A DNA stretch of 64,000 nt from Candidatus Heimdallarchaeota archaeon (GTDB lineage Archaea; Asgardarchaeota; Heimdallarchaeia; Heimdallarchaeales; Heimdallarchaeaceae). The translations under genes and the position numbers were made by a program. Positions 58,695 through 64,000 of this stretch are shown piece after piece. Within the stretch, counting starts at the first letter, position 1. Every line of letters begins with the position of its first letter. The notes beneath the pieces were generated by a model, which was not told the origin of the DNA, made no database searches, and worked only from the letters and a program-made list of their open reading frames with translations. The stretch covers positions 64,001 through 128,000 of the forward strand of contig JAHLWR010000002.1 of the NCBI GenBank assembly GCA_019057815.1. The letters run 5' to 3'.

Positions 58695-59739
58695 TTATTA
58701 TACGAATTCTATTGCTTAAATATTTTTCATAAAGAGGGTAAACAGGTAACCTTTCCTCAAGAATATACCTGTCCTTTTCAAGTAGCTTCTTAATTTTCTT
58801 CTCTTCTGGCCAGTCCATTGTAGGATTGATGAAATCTATTGTAACAGGAGAAATACCTCCTAAATCATTAGCTCCATGAGTTAAAGCATCTAGAATACGT
58901 TCACTGTTTAAGTTAGGTGGTACCTGAATATTTACAGATTTGGGTAGTATCACTCTTGCAAGAGATACTGAATCAAGAAAGTCTTTTTTTGATGGAGGGA
59001 GTCTATCAGCCATTGGTGTAGAAGGTATTGGATTGAAGTTTTGAATAATTACCTCTTGGATGTGGGAATATTGTTTGCTAATATTAGCAATAGATAGCAG
59101 AGATTCTATCCTTTCTTCTATATTTTCACCAATTCCAACAAGAATTCCAGTAGTAAAAGGAATTTTGAGCTTACCAGCATTCTCAATTGTCTCAAGTCTT
59201 TTTTTCGGATCCTTACCTGGGGAATTGCAATGAGGATGACCGTTCTCCATTAGACGTTTACTCACAGTTTCAAGCATCAATCCCATACTTGCATTTGAAT
59301 CCTTGAGATACGAAAGTTCTTCATAGGAGAGTATTCCAAGGTTTGAATGAGGTAATAAAGCATGTTCCAATGCAACTTCACAAAATTTTTTTACATATTC
59401 AACGGTTGAAGAACAACCATGATTTGCTAAAAAATCATGAGCATTCGAATACTTCGCTTCAGGTTTTTCTCCTAGAGTTAACAGAACTTCACTGCATTTG
59501 GTTCTTTTTGCTTCATTAAGGAGTTCAATGTATTTTGATGGAGGAATCCAAGATGAAACATCATCTGATACAAAACCACAATAATCACACTTGTTTCTAC
59601 ATTGACGAGTTACAGGAACGAAAATGTTACGTGAAAAAGTTATTTTGTTTTTGTAATTCTTAAAACGTTTCTCATTTGCTTTATGAGCAAGTTCTTCAGA
59701 GTTATTGATAACCAGAGATAAATACTCGTCGAGACTCAT
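58678..59739 (-). CDS. cofG: FO synthase subunit 1 (radical SAM)
   Basis: TFSRNIFVPVTRQCRNKCDYC, LPHSN, SMGLMLE, FTTGILVGIGE, QVPPNL, DLGGISP. Confidence 0.95.
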   Translation of the reverse strand: MSLDEYLSLVINNSEELAHKANEKRFKNYKNKITFSRNIFVPVTRQCRNKCDYCGFVSDDVSSWIPPSKYIELLNEAKRTKCSEVLLTLGEKPEAKYSNAHDFLANHGCSSTVEYVKKFCEVALEHALLPHSNLGILSYEELSYLKDSNASMGLMLETVSKRLMENGHPHCNSPGKDPKKRLETIENAGKLKIPFTTGILVGIGENIEERIESLLSIANISKQYSHIQEVIIQNFNPIPSTPMADRLPPSKKDFLDSVSLARVILPKSVNIQVPPNLNSERILDALTHGANDLGGISPVTIDFINPTMDWPEEKKIKKLLEKDRYILEERLPVYPLYEKYLSNRIRIIIGDKD

Positions 59740-60422
59740 TTCTTTTCCTCATCCAGTAATATCATTGAAACAAGAATACCCTCACTAACGCGTTTTGTTT
59801 GTATTATTTTAACTGATGTTGTTTTTTTCAAAGTGTTTTGTGATTCATCTCTTAATAGAGGAATACCCCCTAGATGTCCTACTAGAATCGGAGCGAAATA
59901 GATAAACATTTTATCAACTAATCTTCGTTGAATAAACTGTGAAATAATTGTTGATCCTCCTTCAACAAGTAATGTTTTAACATTAAAATCGTTTTTCAAA
60001 TGCTCGAGTATCTGCGTTAAATCAAGAAAATTAGTTGTTTCTTCTTCACCAACAGGAATAATTGTCACTCCAAGATTGTTAAATTCATCTCTTTTTTCGA
60101 TAGGATGGGTTCTAGAAACAAAAATTACAGTAGGATACTTTTTTTGTTCTTTGATTACATTAGAATCTATAGGAATTGAACCTTTAGAATCGAGAATAAC
60201 GCGAAGAGGGTGTTTTTTACGAGAAGTAACGTATCTAACGGTAAGCAATGGGTTATCAATGATAACAGTGTTTTTTCCTACAAGGATAGCATCAACACTA
60301 TTTCTCAATGAATGGACTCTTTCTAAATCTTCTCTACTTGACAGATGTAAAGCTCCTTTGTTAGAAGCAATGAAACCATCTAAGGAAGAAGCAACATTGA
60401 TAAACACTTTTGGTCTTTTCAT
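59736..60422 (-). CDS. arfC: 2,5-diamino-6-ribosylamino-4(3H)-pyrimidinone 5'-phosphate reductase (stand-alone RibD C-terminal domain)
   Basis: ASSLDG, VHSLR..DAILVG..TV..DNPLLTVR, LLVEGG; no deaminase domain. Confidence 0.85.
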   Translation of the reverse strand: MKRPKVFINVASSLDGFIASNKGALHLSSREDLERVHSLRNSVDAILVGKNTVIIDNPLLTVRYVTSRKKHPLRVILDSKGSIPIDSNVIKEQKKYPTVIFVSRTHPIEKRDEFNNLGVTIIPVGEEETTNFLDLTQILEHLKNDFNVKTLLVEGGSTIISQFIQRRLVDKMFIYFAPILVGHLGGIPLLRDESQNTLKKTTSVKIIQTKRVSEGILVSMILLDEEKK

Positions 60423-61585
60423 TTTATTTTCTTTCCGTTAAACATCTGAAATATAATATCATTAGGTGTTGCTCGCAAAGTTATAGCTGTGTAAACATCT
60501 TTCGAATATTTTGTTCTAACACTTTCAAGATTTATTGCTACAAAATCTGCACTATAACCCGTTTCAAGTCTACCTATTTTTCTTTTTGCGATTATACCAG
60601 CGTTTACTGTTAATGCTTTCAGAATCTCAATTGGTTCTATTACTTTTCCTAGACTCAGACAACCTAACAAAGTATTTTTCATCAAGTGAAATGGATCTGG
60701 ATTAGACAACAAGATATTATCTGTTCCCAATCCTAGAAGCACTCCTTCATCCAGAATTTCCTTTATAGGAGGGAATTTCAAACCAAAATACATTGAAGTT
60801 AGTGGACAACACACAACGCTTACTTCTCGTACCTTCAATAGCTGTAAATCGTCTTTTATATCTGCATAGTTAGCATGAACAACAAAATCAATATCATACA
60901 AATCCAAAGCATGCTGTACATCGGTTTTACCAAAAGCATCAAGAGATCTAGAAACAATGTCTTCAGTTTCTGAAACATGGAGACTCAAAATAATATCGGG
61001 ATATTTAGATTTAAGAAAATCTATATTTTTTATATGTTCCTCATATTTATCATGAAGAGTGAAAATTGTTGAAAAACCTAACCCCTCACATGTAGCATGC
61101 CCTAGAATGTTATTGACATTACAATCCTTATTAGGACGACCAAGAACAATTCCTCTAATTGATGAGAGAAAAGGTACAAGAGCTTTCTTTAGCATAACTA
61201 CACCTGGCAAACCGCCTTCTCTATAATCAATGAATGAAGTAAAACCATTTTCGATAAGCATCTGTAAACTTAATTTCATTCCATCGATAAGAGCAGGTGA
61301 CGCAATTTCTTCTATTTTTGAATGTTTGAGACCATTCTTTCCAACAACTTCTTGTAATGACAAACCATATCCTTGATCTTTAAAAAAAGAGTCTCCAATA
61401 TGAGTATGAGCATTGATGAACCCAGGAATAAGTACAGAGTGAAAAGGAAGAGAAAAATCGGGTTCAGCTAAACTTTTAGAGGATATTTGTTGAATGTAAC
61501 CTTCAGCATTAATTTCAATATACAAATCATGTTCTAGTTGCAGTCCATTACCAATAAGAGCTTTAGGAGCAAAAATAACAGACAC
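60419..61585 (-). CDS. Metal-dependent amidohydrolase, deaminase-type
   Basis: PGFINAHTHIGDS, HVSE (HxxE), VHAN, LGTDN, G..ADF. Confidence 0.88.
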   Translation of the reverse strand: MSVIFAPKALIGNGLQLEHDLYIEINAEGYIQQISSKSLAEPDFSLPFHSVLIPGFINAHTHIGDSFFKDQGYGLSLQEVVGKNGLKHSKIEEIASPALIDGMKLSLQMLIENGFTSFIDYREGGLPGVVMLKKALVPFLSSIRGIVLGRPNKDCNVNNILGHATCEGLGFSTIFTLHDKYEEHIKNIDFLKSKYPDIILSLHVSETEDIVSRSLDAFGKTDVQHALDLYDIDFVVHANYADIKDDLQLLKVREVSVVCCPLTSMYFGLKFPPIKEILDEGVLLGLGTDNILLSNPDPFHLMKNTLLGCLSLGKVIEPIEILKALTVNAGIIAKRKIGRLETGYSADFVAINLESVRTKYSKDVYTAITLRATPNDIIFQMFNGKKIK

Positions 61586-61710
61586 AAAAAAAATATGCTG
61601 ATGAGTTATAAAACACTTTTGCCAATTTTAGAAAAGGACTAACAAACAATAAAAGCATAAATCATTACTTATAAGTCTGTGTCAGAGAAAATATCAATTA
61701 GAACGCTTTC

Positions 61711-62133
61711 TTATTGATTTCTTTTCAAAATTCCAACTCTCTCTCTGAGTTGTCCAAAATGACCTATAACATGAAAAATGTTCTGCTTAATAGCATCTTT
61801 AATAGTTGTTTGTTCTCCCCATTGAAAAGCAAATTCTTCCTCTATTTTCTCATTATCAAAATCTTGGATAGCTTGCATCATACGATCAATTGCACAATTT
61901 AAATCATGATTTGGGTCATTTGTTGGGGTATATTTCTTGGAATCTTTTAGAAACCAAGTTCCTGCATCTTCAAATATAGCTTGTACTAAATGATTGAAAG
62001 TTTCAATTATTGTAAACTCAGTTGGTAAGACTCTATAATTCCAAGCTTTTTCTAATTCAATGATCTCAATGGTTTTCAATCCAAAAGCGTGAAGATACTC
62101 CCAAAACTCAATATAAATAGAAATCTGTTTCAT
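61711..62133 (-). CDS. DinB family protein
   Basis: WNYR, TI.E.FNHL, H..GH.GQL motifs. Confidence 0.8.
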   Translation of the reverse strand: MKQISIYIEFWEYLHAFGLKTIEIIELEKAWNYRVLPTEFTIIETFNHLVQAIFEDAGTWFLKDSKKYTPTNDPNHDLNCAIDRMMQAIQDFDNEKIEEEFAFQWGEQTTIKDAIKQNIFHVIGHFGQLRERVGILKRNQ

Positions 62134-62279
62134 AAAAGAAATACTTTCTTACAGTTAATTAGGTTTTTTGCCAATTTTAATATATACTTATATCCCATAT
62201 ACAAAGGATGTAAAAAAGAGGAAGCGTTGAAGATTACTCTTATTATTACTTCGTTTCTATTAAGTTTCTGACCGCTGGT

Positions 62280-63851
62280 CTATTTTTTCTTTGTCTTCTT
62301 TGAGATTATCCTTGTGAGTATTAAGGGAACTATTAGCATAATGAGAATAAATGTGAAGTTTGATTGATTTTTATCTGTAGTAGATTCAACTGAATGTACG
62401 GTAGGTTCATCGAGAGGATATAGATCTTCTGAACTTGCAGAACCATCAATAGAATAAGAACCTGTTCCTGACCAATCTGACCAGTAATTACCTTCAAGTG
62501 TTTCAGTACTATACCAATAGTTGTTAGCACCAGAATCATACGCTTGGGAAGTACCACCAAGGTTATTGTCTACAAAGGTATTATGGTGAAAAAGAATATT
62601 ATCAGAAATAGATGAGGAGTATACTCCATATTTCTCATTTTCTTGTAGAAGATTGTAAGTAACGACACAAAAATCAGAAGAGGAAAGATAGATGCCATAG
62701 TTGTCATTGTTGTTGCAAGTGTTGTTGGAAATAGTAGAATTACTAGAATAGTAAAGATAGATGCCAATATCGTTGTTATCGCTGCACATGTTGTTTGTAA
62801 CAGTAGAACTACCAGAATCATCAAGCAAGATGCCTATGCAGTTATTGCTGCAAGTGTTGTTTACGACAGTAGAACTACCAGAATCATCAAGCACGATACC
62901 TCGTAAGTTGTTATCGCAAGTGTTGTTGGAAACAGTATAATCACTAGAAGACAAAAGATAGATACCTCTGTAATTGCTGATGCAAGTGTTGTTAATGACA
63001 GTAGAATCACCAGAAGAGGAAAGAGAGATGCCATCCCTGTTGTTGTTGATGCAAGTGTTGTTGACAACAGTAGAACCAACAGAAGAGGAAAGAGAGATAC
63101 CAATATCATTGTTACTACTACAAGTGTTGTTGGAAATAGTAGAAATAGTAGAAGATAAAAGATAGATTCCGCTGAAGTTGTTGTTGTAGCAAGTGTTGTT
63201 GGAAACAGTCGAACTACCAGACGAGGATAACAAGATGCCATAGTTGTTATTATTGCTGCAAGTGTTGTTAGTAACAGTAGAACCATAAGAAAATCGAAGA
63301 TAGATACCGCTGTAGTTGTTGTTGTTGCAAGCGTTGTTAGTAACAGTAGAAATACTAGAACATAAAAGTTTGATACCATAGTTATTGTTACTGCAAGTGT
63401 TGTTGGAAACGGTAGAAATACCAGAATTCCAAAGATAGATGCCAATATCGTTGTTATTGTTGCACGTATTATTATTGACAGTAGCTGTTACATAAGCGAC
63501 ATCATCGATATAAATGCCATACTTTACTGCGTCAACATAGCAGTTGCGAACAATGAAATATTTTGTTGTATCAGTAATATAAATACCATTTTGACTCGTT
63601 GTTATAATATTGTAACCCTCAATAAGATAAGGATCCTCGACAGTTCCTGTTCCTGGAAAAACTTCAAAATCGCTGTCACTTGTTATTTCAATAGGATCAT
63701 GAGATATTAATGCAAAAGATATATAGTTAGCAGAAGAAGACAATACAGAATCGAATTTGACTGTTGTATTATTATTGCTAAATAAAAATATTATTATCAA
63801 TAAACCTATTAAAAATATATTAGTTATAGTTAAGTGTTTTTTTGACATCAT
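62280..63851 (-). CDS. Right-handed parallel beta-helix (NosD/PbH1) surface protein with C-terminal TM anchor
   Basis: HDPI.I..DSDF...G.GT..DPY.IEG cap, 12 NNxC repeats, GNYWSD, D.YPL, TM + KKTKKK. Confidence 0.9.
   Translation of the reverse strand: MMSKKHLTITNIFLIGLLIIIFLFSNNNTTVKFDSVLSSSANYISFALISHDPIEITSDSDFEVFPGTGTVEDPYLIEGYNIITTSQNGIYITDTTKYFIVRNCYVDAVKYGIYIDDVAYVTATVNNNTCNNNNDIGIYLWNSGISTVSNNTCSNNNYGIKLLCSSISTVTNNACNNNNYSGIYLRFSYGSTVTNNTCSNNNNYGILLSSSGSSTVSNNTCYNNNFSGIYLLSSTISTISNNTCSSNNDIGISLSSSVGSTVVNNTCINNNRDGISLSSSGDSTVINNTCISNYRGIYLLSSSDYTVSNNTCDNNLRGIVLDDSGSSTVVNNTCSNNCIGILLDDSGSSTVTNNMCSDNNDIGIYLYYSSNSTISNNTCNNNDNYGIYLSSSDFCVVTYNLLQENEKYGVYSSSISDNILFHHNTFVDNNLGGTSQAYDSGANNYWYSTETLEGNYWSDWSGTGSYSIDGSASSEDLYPLDEPTVHSVESTTDKNQSNFTFILIMLIVPLILTRIISKKTKKK
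62670..63490 (-). repeat. About 12 tandem 66-69-bp beta-helix repeat units
   Basis: Recurrent gcaagtgttgtt (NNTC) on the plus strand; unit GIYL.SS..STV.NNTC.NN. Confidence 0.85.
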
Positions 63852-63913
63852 TTTTCCATTATCCCCATTGAAATTCTACTTGATTGACACTTTTTAAGTT
63901 CCACCCCAAATAG

Positions 63914-64000
63914 TTATTTTTTCTTTGTCTTCTTTGAGATTATCCTTGTGAGTAATAAGGGAACTACTAATATTAGAAGAGTAAGTGTGAAGTTTAATGG
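63914..64000 (-). CDS. C-terminal end of a paralogous anchored surface protein (truncated by the window edge)
   Basis: PLNFTLTLLILVVPLLLTRIISKKTKKK*; 40 nt (63915-63954) identical to 62281-62320. Confidence 0.8.
   Translation of the reverse strand, partial: PLNFTLTLLILVVPLLLTRIISKKTKKK

Noticed and set aside
356-61902. Numerous 60-170-aa antisense or nested ORFs in the ORF track (e.g. 16065-16379, 16419-16931, 28568-28945)
   Set aside because: They lie opposite or inside well-supported genes and lack motifs or SD sites; parallel ones in the two FAD oxidoreductases just mirror the paralogy
62333-63445. Hydrophobic alternative-frame ORFs (62333-62560, 62570-62824, 62861-63445, 62974-63165)
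   Set aside because: Shadow frames of the low-complexity Asn/Ser repeat gene
62670-63490. AAC-rich repeats as a diversity-generating retroelement TR/VR pair
   Set aside because: No reverse transcriptase and no non-coding template copy in the window; differences also occur at non-adenine positions; ordinary beta-helix repeats explain the pattern
1-64000. CRISPR arrays, rRNA, tRNA, integrases or transposases
   Set aside because: No regularly spaced repeat-spacer units, no tRNA T-loop/cloverleaf or rRNA signatures, and no recombinase motifs seen by eye

Overview
AT-rich archaeal chromosomal window, most likely from an Asgard archaeon and probably Heimdallarchaeia. The assignment is inferred from a Rab-like GTPase, a GT22 (Alg9/PIG-B-like) mannosyltransferase, many secreted proteins ending in a Thr-rich linker + TM helix + KRRK tail, archaeal TATA boxes and AGGTG Shine-Dalgarno sites. 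It holds about 55 protein genes. Metabolic content: amino-acid fermentation (aminotransferase, Hom, tungsten AOR), two GlcD/LctD-type FAD oxidoreductase paralogs (one in an operon with a bifurcating-type EtfAB), pterin genes (PTPS-III-type enzyme, MptE) and a translationally coupled amidohydrolase-arfC-cofG-cofH operon. It also carries three SF2 helicases, a secreted caspase-family protease, a type IV pilin and several surface proteins. Reading the intergenic DNA gave elements missing from the ORF track: (i) a tandem pair of homologous ~40-aa microproteins sharing NxIEMLxxxVRxQLxG, with their own TATA, SD sites and terminator hairpin (17412-17664); (ii) a GC-rich, two-hairpin candidate ncRNA with its own TATA (15421-15574); (iii) a frameshifted CopG/RHH regulator with CCATC/GATGG boxes; (iv) a 78-bp IS200/IS605-end-derived element that supplies a gene's stop codon. 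I saw no rRNA, tRNA, CRISPR array or transposase. All family assignments come from recognising motifs by eye, not from database searches.
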